Shown: one piece after another, positions 32,895 to 48,582 of the stretch
How the letters are laid out: each line of letters starts with the position of its first letter
Numbering within the stretch: position 1 is the first letter of the stretch
Assembly: GCF_009914755.1 (NCBI RefSeq)
Contig: NC_060925.1
Direction: 5' to 3' (one strand)
DNA length: 64,000 nucleotides
DNA from: the human T2T-CHM13v2.0 reference genome, Homo sapiens
The notes under the pieces: generated by a model
Told to the model about the DNA's origin: nothing
The model's input: the letters and a program-made list of their open reading frames with translations, nothing else
Databases searched by the model: none
Position numbers and translations under genes: made by a program

Positions 32895-33117
32895 TCCAAG
32901 TGTGGGCTTCAGTGTCAGAAAACCTGGATTGAAATCCTGGCCCCACTCCTTAATTGCTATGTGCCCTTAAGCAAGTTTTGTACTCTTTGAACCTTAGTGC
33001 CCTCAACTATGACATGGCCCTGATAGTATCTACTTCAAATTATTATGAGAATTAAATGAGATAATGTATGTTAAATGTTTAGCATAATGCTTGGCATAAA
33101 GTACTCAAATGTTAGTG
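32895..33117 (+). mobile_element. MIR
   Basis: MIR core cctggattgaaatcctggcccc...gagaattaaatgagataatgtatg. Confidence 0.8.
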
Positions 33118-33121
33118 GTTC

Positions 33122-33623
33122 TGAGAGGTGAAGCCAGCTGGACTTCCTGGGTTGAGTGGGGACTTGGAGAACTTTTCTGTCTAGCTAGAGGAGTGTAAAC
33201 ACGCCAATCAGCGCTCTGTGTCTAGCTAAAGGATTGTAAATGCACGAATCAGCCCTCTGTAAAAAAACACCAATCAGCGCTATGTGTCTAGCTAAAGGTT
33301 TGTAAATGCACCAATCAGCACTCTATAAAATGGACCAGTCAGCACTTTGTAAAATGGACCAATCATCAGGACGTGGGTGGGGACAAATAAGGGAATAAAA
33401 GCTGGCCACCCCAGCCAGCAGCGCAACCTGCTTGGGTCCCCTTCCATGCTGTGGAAGCTTTGTTCTTTCTCTCTTCACAATAAATCTTGCTGCTGCTCAC
33501 TCTTTGGGTCCCTACCACCTTTAAGAGCTGTAACACTCACTTCGAAGGTCTGCGGCTTCATTCTTGGAGTCAGCAAGACCAAGAACCCACTGGAAGGAAC
33601 CAGCTGCGGAAACTCCGGACACA
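33122..33623 (+). mobile_element. ERV9 solo LTR (LTR12F-like)
   Basis: TG...CA termini, TSD GTTC (33118-21, 33624-27), tandem ccaatcagc units, AATAAA at 33479. Confidence 0.92.
33204..33400 (+). promoter_or_regulatory. LTR12 U3 CCAAT (NF-Y) array and AATAAAA core element
   Basis: Intact CCAAT at 33204, 33270, 33311, 33359; gggaataaaag at ~33391. Confidence 0.6.
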
Positions 33624-33639
33624 GTTCTGTTTCTTATAA

Positions 33640-34330
<691 letters not shown>

Positions 34331-34371
34331 GTAAGTGGGATATAGGATGCCTGAAGCGGTTATATTGTAAC

Positions 34372-35230
<859 letters not shown>

Positions 35231-35584
35231 TCACCAGTCTTTCTGTAAAGCAAAAGGATTTACATTTAATATGTATTCAGGAGCAATTTTAAAGAAAATT
35301 AAGGTGTTTTAAAAGATATGGATGATTTAGGAAAAAGTCTTGGAGACAGAAAATATGAATGAAAAAGTAACACTGGTATATGGCGGTAGTGAGAAAAAGG
35401 AGTTGTTTATAACTGGGGGGGGGGGTAGTAATGAAAACTATGTTGATGGGGCTACAAGCTGTGGGCAGTGAGAGAGGATACCACAAACTGATACCAGCCA
35501 GCTATAAAGACTTGAAAGGAAAATGCAATTACTTAGAGGAACTGCCGGAAACAAGATCATAGGTGATATTTATCCTCAAAGTCA

Positions 35585-35900
35585 GTACTTTTCAGACTTA
35601 ATTGGACAGATGTATCATCTTGGATCTTGTTAAAGCGCATATTCCGATTAACTAATTCTCAGGTGGTTCCTAAGATTCTGTATTTCAAATAAGCTCCCAG
35701 AGGCTGCTAAAACTTTAGGCATCACTCGATAAGTCATATATGCACATTAGAGTTTGAGAAGCATTGCTGTATGTCATTATTTTACAGGTGAGGTAATGGA
35801 AGCTCAGAGACCTTAGTTGACTTGCTCAGTATTCCAAAGCTTGTGAGAACAAAACCTGGATTCGAATACAAATGGCCTCATATCAGACTTCACATTGTTT
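35585..35900. mobile_element. MER5A remnant followed by antisense MIR
   Basis: ctgtatttcaaataagctcccag...agtttgagaagcattg; attttacaggtgaggtaatggaagctcagaga. Confidence 0.65.
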
Positions 35901-35964
35901 CCCTAATTTCTTAGAAACATGGAATGCCAAAATTAGGAATTACAATAATTGTTAAATTAATTTT

Positions 35965-37447
35965 CAGGTTTTTTTTGTGGAATGTTTAGGTTCAGAGATA
36001 CATGTACAGGCTTGTGATATGTGTCATAGGGGTTTAGTGTACAGATTATTTCATCAGCCAGGTAATAAGCAAAGTATATGATAGCAGTTTTTTGGTCCCC
36101 ACTCTCCTGCCACCCTCCACCCTCAAGTAGGCCCCAGTGTTTGTTGTTTTCTTTGTGTCCATGTGTGCTGAATGTTTAGCTCCTGCTTATAAATGAGAAC
36201 ATGAGGTATTTGGTTTTTTGTTCCTGTGTTAGTTTGCTTAGGATAATGGCCTCTAGCTCCAGCTATGTTCCTGCAAAGGACATGATCTCATTACTTTTCA
36301 TGGCTGGATAGTATTCCATGGTGTTATATGTATCACATTTTTAAAATCCAGTATACCATTGATGGGCATTTAGGTTGATTCCCTGTCTTCGCTGTTGTGA
36401 ATAGTACTGCGATTAACATATGTGTGCATTTGTCTTTATGGTAAAACATTTTATATTCCTTTGGGTGTATACTCAATAGTGAGAATGATAGTTCTGTTTT
36501 AAGTGGCAACGGTAGTTCTGGGTCATTCCCAATAGTGGGAATGATAGTTCTGGGTCAAATGGTAGTTCTGTTTTAAGTTCTTTAAGAAAACACTGAACTA
36601 CTTTCCACAATAGTTGAACTAATCTACATTCCCACCAGCAGTTTATGTGTTCCCTTTTGTCCTCAACCTCGCCAGCATCTTTTATTTTTTGACTTTTTAA
36701 TAATGCCATGCTGACTGGTGTGAGATGGTATCTCATTGTGGTTTTCATTTGCATTTCTCTAATGAGTGGTAATGTTGAGTATTTTTTCATATACTTGTTG
36801 GCCATGTGTATATCTTCTTTTGTAAAGTGTCTGTTCATGTCCTTTGCCCACTTTTTAATGGGATTATTTGTTTTTTGCTTGTGAATTTAAGTTCCTTATA
36901 GATTCTGGATATTAGACTTTGGTTGGATGCATAGTTTGCAAATATTTTCTCCCATTCTCTAAGTTATTTACTCTGTTTATATTTTCTTCTGCTGTGCAGA
37001 AGCTCTTAGTTTAAGTCCCATTTGGCAGTGTTTGATTTTGTTGCAATTGCTTTTGGCACCTTCAGCATGAAATCTTTGCCGGGGTCTATGTCCAGAATGG
37101 TATTTCCTAGGTTATCTCCCAGGGGTTTTATTGTTTTAGGTTTTACATATAAGTCTGCAATACATCTTGAGTTGATTTTATATATGGTGTTAGGAAGGAG
37201 TCCAGTTTCAGTCTTCTGCGTATGGCTACCCAGTTATCCTAGCACCATTTATTGAATAGGGAATCCTTTCCCCATTGCTTGTTTTTGTCAACTTTGTCAA
37301 AGATCAGAGAGTGTAGGTGTGCAGCTTTATTTCTGGGCTCTCTATTCTCTTCCATTGATCTCTGTGTCTGCTTTTGTACCAGTACCATGCTGTTTTGTTT
37401 ACTGTAGCCTCATTGTATAGTTTGAAGTTAGGTAATAGGATGCCTCT
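35965..37447 (-). mobile_element. 5'-truncated older L1PA, ~1.5 kb
   Basis: L1PA 3'UTR plus ORF2 C-terminus (ORF 36473-36838). Degenerate TSD taattttcaggtt / taagtttcaagtt. Confidence 0.9.
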
Positions 37448-37782
37448 AAGTTTCAAGTTCTTGACTTTCATTTTCCAAAAGAAGGATTTATAGAGAAACC
37501 TTTATGATGAATTTGTTTATCAGTATATTAGCAAATATTTATTGAAACTGTGTATTCTACACATGAAATATATATGACACAAATTCTGCCTCCATTAAGC
37601 TTACTGTTTAGAAGAGGTGTTAAGATTTACATGAATAATTTTCCCCCTATATTCCATACTTAAAGTTTCCACCATTTCCTGAATGTGCCAGAGTCTGGCA
37701 GCCAGGCTCTATCACAGCTACTTGCATTTGCGTATTAAGCCCTTCTCCTTTTGGCAAATTTTTCCCCCACTGTGTTATTTCT

Positions 37783-38042
37783 TTTTTTGTTTGTTTTTTA
37801 GATAGGGTCTCACTCCGTTGCTTAGGCTGGAGTGCAGTGGCACAATCACAGCTCACAGCAGCCTTGACATCCATGCTCAAGTGATCCTCCCCCCTCAGCC
37901 TCCTGCATAGCTAGGACCATAAGTGTTCACCACCATGCCCAGCTAATTTTTTTTTTTATTTTTTGTAGAGATGAGGTCTTGCTGTGTTACCTAGGCTGGT
38001 CTTGAACTCCTGGGCTCAAGCGATCCTCCTCCCTTGGCCTCC
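37783..38042 (-). mobile_element. Alu (AluJ), 5'-truncated
   Basis: Antisense Alu ending at ccttggcctcc. Confidence 0.88.
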
Positions 38043-38259
38043 TGGATCAAAAACTTTCTTCTTTAAAAATTCATTGCAAATATCCTTGCTTTGGTGAATC
38101 TTTGTGTATTCAGGTGATTCTCTGTTCCCTGCATCTGTAACACTTCATTCATTACTCTAGAATTTGTTACATTGTATTAATATATTAGGTTATTCAGATA
38201 ATTAAAGTGGTTATGATATACCATTTTACTAGTGCCTAGTTTAGAATTATTGGTGTCGA

Positions 38260-38978
38260 TCTGCACCATTCAATAGAAATACAATGTGAACCACATATGC
38301 AGTTTAAAATTTTCTGTAGGTAGACTTTTAAAAATAAAAAGAAGTGTTACCGAAACACCAGAGGTTTGGTCTAGGTCCTGCTGCTTGCCACACAGAAAGC
38401 TAATCACTAATAAAAGTATTGCTAAGGAAGAAGGCTTTAATCAGGTGCTGCGGCCGAGGGGATGGAAGCTCAGTCTCAAATCCATCTCCCTGACTGACTA
38501 AAACAAGGGGTTTATATAGCAGGGAAAAAATGTAACAATATGTAAGAAAACAAGAACTAGGGAGTGACAAGGAGGCCTATGGTGCTGTGATCTGGTGAGT
38601 TTCAGTTCTTTGATACCTTTTTTTGAGAGACCTGAAAGTCCTTTCCTGAGGAACTCAGATAAAACAAATACAAGTGTCAAGCTTTAACAGCAGAAGGGTT
38701 AATTTCTATGTCCATCCAAAAGAACAGTCTGTGGGAGTATTGGGCTGGTTTCAGAAGCAAGGTGAAATTAAATTTAATACTATTTTATTTAACTCATATC
38801 CAAAGTATGATCATTTTAACACATAATCAATATAAAAATTATCAATGAGATAGTTTACATTTTTATGCTGTCTTCAAAATCTGCTGTGTTTTTAATTCTT
38901 AAAGCACATCTCAATTTGAACTGGCTGCCACATTTCAGGTATTCATGTAGCTAGTGGCTGTTGTATTGGACAGCACAG
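38260..38978. mobile_element. MER33-like hAT-Charlie element interrupted by LTR
   Basis: caatagaaatacaatgtg...; end gctagtggctgttgtattggacagcacag. Confidence 0.75.
38345..38753 (-). mobile_element. ERV1 solo LTR (LTR47/MER72-like)
   Basis: TG...CA termini, TSD GAAG at 38341-44 and 38754-57; family name tentative. Confidence 0.85.
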
Positions 38979-39002
38979 ATCTAGAGCTTTTACGGGTTTT
39001 TA

Positions 39003-39374
<372 letters not shown>

Positions 39375-39645
39375 TCAAGTAAAAATAACTTTCTGGGTCT
39401 TGATGATTAAAATTTTCCCTTTTACTATGAATTTGATACATTTTCTCATGGTTATTTTTATCTTAATATGCGTAACTCCTAGTAAGATTTTTCAGAAGCT
39501 CATGTATTTTTTATTACTGTTTTGTATTAGATAATATTCTCATAATTTTAAGGTGGCCTTTAATTGAATATTCCAGAAGTAGATCTTCATGAAATACTGG
39601 TGTGAAACTATTGATGTGTGATTTTTGACAAATAAATGTTGTTTT

Positions 39646-40492
39646 TGAAATGGGGAAAGTTCCTGTGTCCCCCTCACAGGGTGTGCAATGGGGGAGTGGC
39701 TCACTTCTTCAGTGCCCCACTGCTCAAACTTCTAGGGGAGCGTACAGATGGTCACGTTGTGGGGCTCTGACCCCATGGCAGTGTCTAGGGGTAAATGTCG
39801 ACAGGTGAAGCCCCAGTGGGCATGTGTTACCATGTGCTCTTTTAGTTTTGATGTCTATAGGCGGCTTGTGTTACCAGCTCAATTAGACCCTTTACCTTGT
39901 CGCAAGGACAGAGGTCTTTCTGTATCCCAGTTCTTACCTTGGTGTACAGGAAGAATCGGATCACACTTGGGCTTGGAGAATAAGTACAAGGTTTGATTGA
40001 GTGGAGGTAGCCCTCAGCAGATGGGGAAAGCCAGAAGGGAGATGGAGTGGGAAGGTTTTCCCCTGGTGTCTGGCCGCTCAACGGCCTGTGATCTCCCTGC
40101 CACAGCCAACCTCTGCATCGTTCTGCTTCTTCTTGTTGGTGGCCCACCGGCGTGCCGGTGCATGTCGGTGCATTCCTCTCGACGTCCAGCCGCCTGTGTG
40201 TTCCTTCACTGATGTGCTCCTTTCTGTGTCCAGCGGGCTGTGTGTCTGCCTGCTACGGTCTTAGGGGTTTCTATAGGCACTGGATAGGGGCGTGGCAGGC
40301 CAAGGTGGTCTTGGGAAATGCAACATTTGGGCAGGAAAACAAAAATGCCTGTCCTTACCCTATGTCCGTGGGGGCTATTTTTGTTCCTAGCCCTAGCTGG
40401 GAACCATGCCCTCCTCTACCCAGCACTTCCCTTCCCCGCTTCCATATCATTTAAAAGGGCCATGCTCTTCCCTTCCCAGTACTCCCGTATCA
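39646..40492 (-). mobile_element. ERV1 solo LTR (LTR27/LTR28/LTR1 group)
   Basis: Minus strand starts tgatacgggagtactgggaagggaagagc; TG...CA termini; TSD TTTT. Confidence 0.8.
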
Positions 40493-40984
40493 TTTTGGCT
40501 CTTTCCAAATTACAAGTTGACTATACATTTGCAGAGTTTCCTTGTTCATCCAACAAATACAGTCAGTATTGTGCTATATTTGGTAGATACAGAGGGTAAA
40601 AAGCACTAGGTGGAGATATGCATGGAGCTAGAAGCTTTTAACTGAGAAAGGGGATAAGAGATATGAAGGAAGGGTTTGTCAGCAATAGATTAGAAGAAGT
40701 GCTCAACTGGAAACAAGGAAGACAGTTCAGTATCTGTGTTAATAATCTAGAAAGAAGTAAAAGGAACCTATTTTGAGGTAGAGGTGGTAGAGATGTAGAG
40801 CAGTGGATTTAAGAACTATTAAAGGAACTCGGGAAGACGGGATTTTATTTGGGAGAAAAGTAATAGGAAGGAATCAAGGATAACTTTCCAGTTTCTAGTT
40901 TAGGCAATTGATAGCCAGTTAAGGCAACTGAATTAAGAAAACCAGAAAAAGATGTTTTTGAGGGAAGGTTGAAGATGATGATAA

Positions 40985-41245
40985 CGTTAATAATAGCTGA
41001 TATTTTTAGTGCTTCCTGTACATCAGGCATTTCACTAAATGCTTTACGTACATAATTTTATTTAATTTTCGTAACAATCCTTTGAGGACAGTTATAATTA
41101 TTATTTTGGTTTTACTGATGAGAGAAACAGTTAAAAAAGATTAGAGTATCTTCTTCAGGGTCAGATATTTAATAAGAAAGAGGCAGAGCCAGGATTTCAA
41201 CCCAGGCAGTCTTTATTCCTGAGCCTTTGCTTCTAACTATTATAC
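40985..41245 (-). mobile_element. MIR within L2 remnant (L2 pieces ~40520-42030)
   Basis: aatagctgatattt...ggcagagccaggatttcaacccaggcagtct. Confidence 0.75.
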
Positions 41246-41294
41246 TTACAGGTTACTGAATTTAGTGTTGGACATGTTAAGTTTAAGGTGCATG

Positions 41295-41758
41295 TGTTAC
41301 CAAAACACCGGGGGTTCAGTTTAGGGCCTGCTGCTTGCTGCACAGAAAGCCAACCACTGAAAAAGGAGTATTGGCAGGGAAGAAGGCTTTAATCAGGTTC
41401 TGCAACCATGATAGGAGACCAGTCTCAAATCCATCTCTCTGACCAACTAAAATTAGGAGTTTGTTTATATAGCAAAAGAAATGTAACCATTTGTGGGAAA
41501 ACAGGAATTAGTGAGGGGTAAGGAAGAGGAATTGGTCAACAGCAAACAGGCAGTGGGTTAGGCAATCATGATGGGTGAGGGGTCTGGCATCTTATTGTTC
41601 AAATGCAATGATCTGAGAAGTTTCAATTCCTTGATCTGAGAGGCCTGATAGTTGGTTTGCAGAGAAAGGAACTCAGATAAGACAAATGTAACTTGAAACT
41701 TTCTCAAGTTTCAAGACTGGGAGGGGCCATTTCTGTGTGGTACAGTGGGCCAATTTCA
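41295..41758 (-). mobile_element. ERV1 solo LTR, related to 38345-38753
   Basis: TG...CA termini, TSD CATG at 41291-94 and 41759-62. Confidence 0.85.
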
Positions 41759-43929
41759 CATGTGGGACAGCAAGTGGCAGATCTTCAGTATGGCGTATCA
41801 GCCCAGTAAGTAATTGGCTAGAGAACAAGATTTTGAAACCTTCATCGTATAGGTGAAAGACTTTAGTAGGAAGAACCTACCATGAAGATTGGTATCTTGG
41901 AAACGAAGATGGGGTTTTGAGTGGGGTGGGGTGTCAAGAACTATGAGTGGTCAGGATTGTGAAATACAGTGGAGGAGGTCTCAGAAAATAAGTACTGAAA
42001 AGGGACCATTGCCTTAGCAGCAAGGATGTCATTATGTTACCCAGAATATGACCTCATTCGGAAATACGATCTTGGCAGATGTGCATAATTAGTAGAATTC
42101 TTTATCTGTAATGAGTGAGCTAGTGAGGAATCACAGAAATAAAAATTAGTTCTCTTGACTTACTCATAGGAATTGGTCTTGAATATGTTTTTATTGTGGC
42201 TCTTTTCAATAATGCCTTTGAAGTGCAGAAACACACTTTGTTTCAGAAATACATATTGTCAGACAGAATGTGTCTGTTCTGTATTTAATAGTCCAAGTCT
42301 ATTTGAAAACTGTCTAATCAAATAGTGACTTTAAATGGTTTTAAACAGATTTGAGTATTCCATTATGGCTCTTGCTAGATGTTTAACTTGTTTAGACTGA
42401 AGAAAAAAAGATTTCCAATTAACACCAGATTTTATAAGAAAGAAAATATTAGCTAAATAATTAATTCCATGAAATGACATGTATTCCAAACAAAAACAGA
42501 CAACATCTGTTAATTCAATTGGGAAGACAAGATTGAGCTTGATCCTTTAAGTTTTTAATTAAGTGTTCTTCAGAATTTTTATTTCAAAAATGTTTTAAGT
42601 ACCTTTAGTGAATAATACTGTGTCACACCACAACTTGAAGTATTTGATTTGTGTACAATCATTAAATTTAACATTTTATTTATTGATTAAATAGTGAAAG
42701 CTGATCAATCTGACATTCTCTTGAACTCTATTAACTATTCCCTTCATCTACAATTTAATGATAATCAATGCTTTTAACAAATCGGAAGCACTACAGTTTG
42801 TAAAACAGACTTCTAAATAAGATAGTTAAGAATAAATTATGTTCACAAGTTTCATTATAATTTCCACCGTATCCTAATTATTTGACAATTTGTAATCCAC
42901 GTTATAGTAAAAATATCATTTTTATTTGTTGACGGTCTTCTAGTTGCAGTTCCCATCCTTTACATGAATCTCTTTTATATTATTACTGAGATGGATGGTC
43001 ACATATCCTTCTTTTCCCATCTCTGGAGTTCATTACCCCTCAAGGCATTCAGCAACCAGTCATGAGTATCTATGAATACTAGACACCAGGATATGGGATA
43101 TGGCAATGAACAAAATAGATACTAGCCCTGTCCTCATGGAGTCTATAACCTCATTCTGATTTTAAATACATAATTAGAAGTATGTAAGCAATGTGAAGAA
43201 GAAATAGAGTGCTATAGAAGAATATGATGGGAATGTAACATAATGGGGGTGGTCGGAAAACACTGCCTTACGACATTAATGTTTTAGCTGATACTTGAAG
43301 GTTGAATTAACTAGGGGGAAGGATGGGGAAGTTTTTCAAGCTGAGGAAATAGCATGTACCAAGATCTAGCGTTGAGAACATGGTATATTCGGGCTACCTG
43401 AAATAATTACAGTGAGAGGACATTCTCCTCATTTTTGCAGGAACCTGGCTTGGCTCTTATGAGGACTAAAGGACTCTTTTAAGGGTTTGCAGCTTTGGAA
43501 GGTCAGCATTAGCAAACCTTCATAGATGCACATTAGAGTTTCAGATACATTGTTTTACAAATGAGATAATAGAAGCCCAGAGAACTTAGTGTCATGATTT
43601 GCTCAGCATTCCGTAGTTTGTTAGTAGAATACCTGGATTGGAATAAAGATGTCTTCACACCATGGTCTAGGGCTTGTTTCTCTAATGTCACAAAAGAAGA
43701 TAGAATGCCAAAATTCTGTTTGTATGTCAGGCACTGAGCTAAATGATTTACATACAGTATTTCATTTAATAATGTGTTAAGTGACTTTATAAGGAGACAT
43801 CAACAAAATAGGAACAAGAAATGAAGAACACATAAACACTTGTAAGACATCTTGACCTTCTGTAAATAACTGGGGTTAGGGTTGGGGTTGGGGTGAGGAG
43901 TGGAGACCAAAAAGAGATGAGACATTATG

Positions 43930-44374
43930 TGTTCAACAGTGAGCAGGTATACGCAGATTTACCCCCAAGGCTGAGGGAGCTGACAGGCCGAAAAAAGAGG
44001 CTGACAAGTCCAGTTTCTCGGAAAGAAATACTTAATAGGGACTTAGGAAAAGAAGCGATGTCTCAAGCAGCCGCAAGATGGTGGATACTCACACCTGCCC
44101 TGTGGAAAGTATTCTTTGTAGAGTGAGCTTTTAAGGTAAAACATGCATCTGGTCCTATCTTCAGACTTTCTTGCCGAGACTTGTGACTACTGGGGAGTTT
44201 AGATAAGCATCTTTTTGAGAGTTATGTATGTTATAGGCCTTTGTTTAAAGACTTTACTGCAGAACACCTTGGTATGTGGCAGGGGTAGAAGGGGGTGGGT
44301 CAAACACTAGTCATCATGGCAGTTTTGCTTCAAGATGGCATCACCCTTGCCATGGAATAGGCTGTTTTCCTACG
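43930..44374 (-). mobile_element. ERV solo LTR (MER83/MER84-like)
   Basis: TSD TTATG at 43925-29 and 44375-79; minus strand starts gtaggaaaacagcc...gatgccatcttgaagc; family tentative. Confidence 0.75.
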
Positions 44375-45116
44375 TTATGTAAGGGCAACAAGTAGCAAAC
44401 ACTGGAGTTATCATTGAAATACCTACAGGTTGGTAAGGCTGGGGAAAATTCAGGCTATGTATACCTATTATAACATTTTCTAAAACGTGATATACTATTT
44501 TCCCTTCTTTATTTTATTTTCCTCTTTGCTGGGAAATGGCCTCTTGAAATAGTAATCATATAAATTGGTATTGTAAATTTTTTAAGTTAACATATAGTGA
44601 AATTGACTTCTTGTACAGTTTTATGAATTTAAACACAGATGTAAATCCATGTAATCAGCACCACAATGAAGATACAGAAGAGTTCCATCAGTCTAAAACA
44701 TTCCTTGAGTTATTCCTTTGTAGTTATACACTCCTCCTATGCATAACCCGCGCCAGCTGCTGATCTGTTTGTCATTACTATATTTTTAACATTTTGAGAA
44801 TGTCATATAAATAGAATAATACAGTATGTAATGTTTTGATACTTTCTCTTTCCATACAGCATAACCCTCTGAGATTCATGCTGGTGTTGCTTTTGTCAAT
44901 AATTCATTCCTTTTTGTTGCTGAGTAGCATTCCGTTGCATAATGGATATACCATGATTTGTTTATCCAGTAGGACATGTGGGTTGTTTCCAGTTTTTGGT
45001 GATTATGAAAAGAAGCTGCTTCAAATATTTGTGTACAGGTTTTTGTGTAAAGTTAAGTTTTTATTTCTGTAGATACTAAGGAGTGGGATTGCTGGGTTAT
45101 TTGGTAAATACATAAC

Positions 45117-45427
45117 TTTATTTTATTTATTTATTTTTATTTTTTTGAGATGGAGTCTTGCTCTGTCACCCAGGCTGGAGCGCAGTGGCACGATCTTGGC
45201 TCACTGCAACCTCCTCCTCCTGGGTTCAAGTGATTCTCCTGCGTCAGCCTCCCGAGTAGCTGAGATTGCAGGTATGCGCCACCACGCCCAACTAATTTTT
45301 GTATTTTTAGTAGAGATGAAGTTTGGCCACGTTGGCCAGGCTGGTCTCAAACTCCTGAACTCAAGTGATCTGCACACCTTGCCTCCCAAAGTGCTAGGAT
45401 TACAGGTGTGAGCCGCTGCACCTGGCC
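45117..45427 (-). mobile_element. Alu (AluS)
   Basis: TSD CATAACTTTA. Confidence 0.92.
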
Positions 45428-46861
45428 CATAACTTTACAAGAAACTGCCAAACTGTTTTCCAGAGTAGCTGTACCATTTTGCATTCCCACCAGCAACATA
45501 AGAGTTGGAGTTGCTCTGTATCTTTATCATTTGATACTGTTAGTATGTTTTATTTTAGCTATCTTAATATTTGTATAAATAGGATCTCATTGCATATTTA
45601 ATTTTTTAGAATCTTTATTGAGGTCTAATTCACCTAACATAAAAATTACCCATTTAAAATGTTCAGTTGTTTAGTGGTTTTAGTATATTCAGAGTTATGT
45701 AACCATCACAATCTTAAGGTTACAACATTTTCATCACTATGGTTTTAATTTGCATTTCTCTATGGGCTCATGGTATTAAACATCTTTTTATATGCTTCTT
45801 TGCCATTAGTATTTCCCAGTCTTTTGTCCATTTTTAAATTTGGCTTTTCTGTGTTCTCACTCTTGAGTTTTGAGAGTGCTTATATATTCTAGATACAAGT
45901 CCTTTTGTTGATTTTGTGACTTGCAAACATTTTGTCCAAGTCTGTAGATTATAGTTTTTTCATTCTTTTAACAGTGGCCTTCACATAGCACAAGTTTTTT
46001 TGTTTTGATTAAGTTCAATTTATCAGTTTTTTTTCATTTTGATGTCATGCCTAAGATCTTTTTGTCTAACCTATGGTCACAAAGATTTTCTCCTTTGTTT
46101 TCTTCTAAAAGTTTTATAGTTTTAAATTTTCATTTCGCTCTGTCATCCATTTTGAGTTAATTTTTGTAAAAGGTGTGGGGTTTAGACCAGTTCATTTTCT
46201 TAGATATGGACATCCAGTTGTTATAACATAATTTGTTAAAAAAGAGTCTCTCTCCCTTCTCCTTTGAATTGCCTGTGCACCTTTGTCAAAAATCAATTTA
46301 CCGTATTTGTTTGGGTCTATTTCTGGACTGTCTATTCTGTTTCATTAGTTTATATGTCTGTTCCTTTGCCAAATACCACAGTGCCCACTTTGTCTTAATT
46401 ATGTCTTAAAATTGTCTAGGGTGATTTCTCTGACTTTATTGTTTTTCAAAAATTTTATGGCTATTTTCATTCTTTTGTCTTTCTATTGGCTTTTGCCTTT
46501 TTATCCAGTTATTCTAGTTATTTTGCCTTTATATTTTGCCTAATATAAAATTTAGACTCCGTTTGTCTATATCTATGAAAAAATATTTCTGGCATATCAA
46601 TTAGAACTGTGTTAAATCTGTAGATCAATTTAGGGAGAATTGACATCTTTACTGCATTTTGGCTTCCAATACATGATTATGGAAAGTGTCTCCATTTAGG
46701 TCTTCTTTGATAAATTTTATCAGTGATTTGTAGTTTTCCGTATACAGATCCTATACAAGTTTTGTTAAATTTATACCCAATTATTTCCTTTTAAAAAATC
46801 TGTTGTAAATGGTATGTTGTTTAATTTCCCAGTTGTTCATTGCCAGTGTATAAAATTATGA

Positions 46862-47128
<267 letters not shown>

Positions 47129-47814
47129 AATTTTTTTTAAATATATTGACCTTGTATATTGTGACCCTGATAAACTCACCTACTATTTCTAGGAGTTTTT
47201 GATAAATTCCTTGGGATTGTCTACACGGTCATCTTGTCTACAGTTTTATGTCTTCCTTTTCAAACTGTATGCTTTTATTTCTTTGTCTTATATTATTGCA
47301 CTGACCAGGATTTTCAGTGTGATGTTGAATAGGTGTGAAGAGTAGCCATTCTTTCTCCTTGTTCCCATCTTAGCCTTTACCATTAGTTATAATGTTTGCT
47401 GCAGGTTTTTTCCCCTCTGCCGTAGATGCCTTTTATCAAGTCGGGGAACTTTTTTCCTATTTCTAGTTTGCTGAGAGATTTTATTGTTGATGGACATGGA
47501 GTTTTGTCACATGCTTTTTATGCGTCAAATCATATGACCATGTTTTTTTTTTCTTTACACTGTAATTTAGATTACATTTTTTGATTTTCAAATATTAAGC
47601 TAGTTTTGCATTCCTGAGATCTACTCCCACTAGGTTGTGGTATGCTATTCTTTTTACATATTGTTGGATTCAGTTACCTAATATTTTCTCAATGATTTTT
47701 ACATCTCTTTATAAGGGATATTGGTCTGTAGTTTCCTTTTTGTTCTGTCTTAGTCTGATTTTGGTGTCAGGATAGTATTGACGTCCTAAAATGAGTTGGG
47801 AAGTGTTCTCTCCC

Positions 47815-48193
47815 ATCTCAGTCCTTTTGGACTGCTATGACAGAATGCCACATAGACTGTGCCACATATCAACAACAGAAATTTAAGGTTAGGGAAATTT
47901 GTTTCTCTTAGCACTCGAGGCTGGGAATTCTTAGGTCAAAGCATCAGCAGATTCCCATGTCTGAAGGGCCTGCTTTCTGGCCCCTAGATGACTGTCTCCT
48001 CACTGTGTCCTCACATGGTAAAAGGGGCATGGAAGCTTCCTGTCTCTTTTATAAAGGCATTAATCTTGATCAAAAGGGCTCTGCCATCATTACCTAATTG
48101 TTCACCAAAGGCCCACCTCCTAATACCATCACATTGGGGGTTAGGATGTCAATGTATTTATGAATTTTAGGGTGACACATTCAATCTATAATA
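47815..48193 (-). mobile_element. MaLR solo LTR (MLT1A0-like)
   Basis: ctgtgtcctcacatgg...aaaggcccacctcctaataccatcacattgggggttagg. Confidence 0.85.
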
Positions 48194-48290
48194 CCTCCTT
48201 CTATTTTCTGAGATTGTATAGAGTTGGTATCACTTTGTTAAATGTTGGTTGATCCCCTCCTTGAAGTTATCTGCGTCTAGAGATTTCTGC

Positions 48291-48582
48291 TTTTTTTTGA
48301 GACGGAGTCTCACTCTGTCGCCCAGGCTGGAGCACAGTGGCACAATCTCGGCTCACTGCAACCTCTGCCCCCAGGATTCTAGTGATTCTCCTACCTTATT
48401 CTCCCGAGTAGCTGGGATTATAGATGCCTGCCACCACGCCGAGCTAATTTTTTTGTATTTTTAGTAGAGATGGGGTTTCACCATGTTGGCCAGGCTGGTC
48501 TCGAACTCCTGATCTCGGGTGATCCACACCCTTCGGCCTCCCAAAAGGCTAGGATTACAGGCATGAGCCACCACACCCAGCC
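48291..48582 (-). mobile_element. Alu (AluS)
   Basis: TSD AGATTTCT. Confidence 0.92.
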
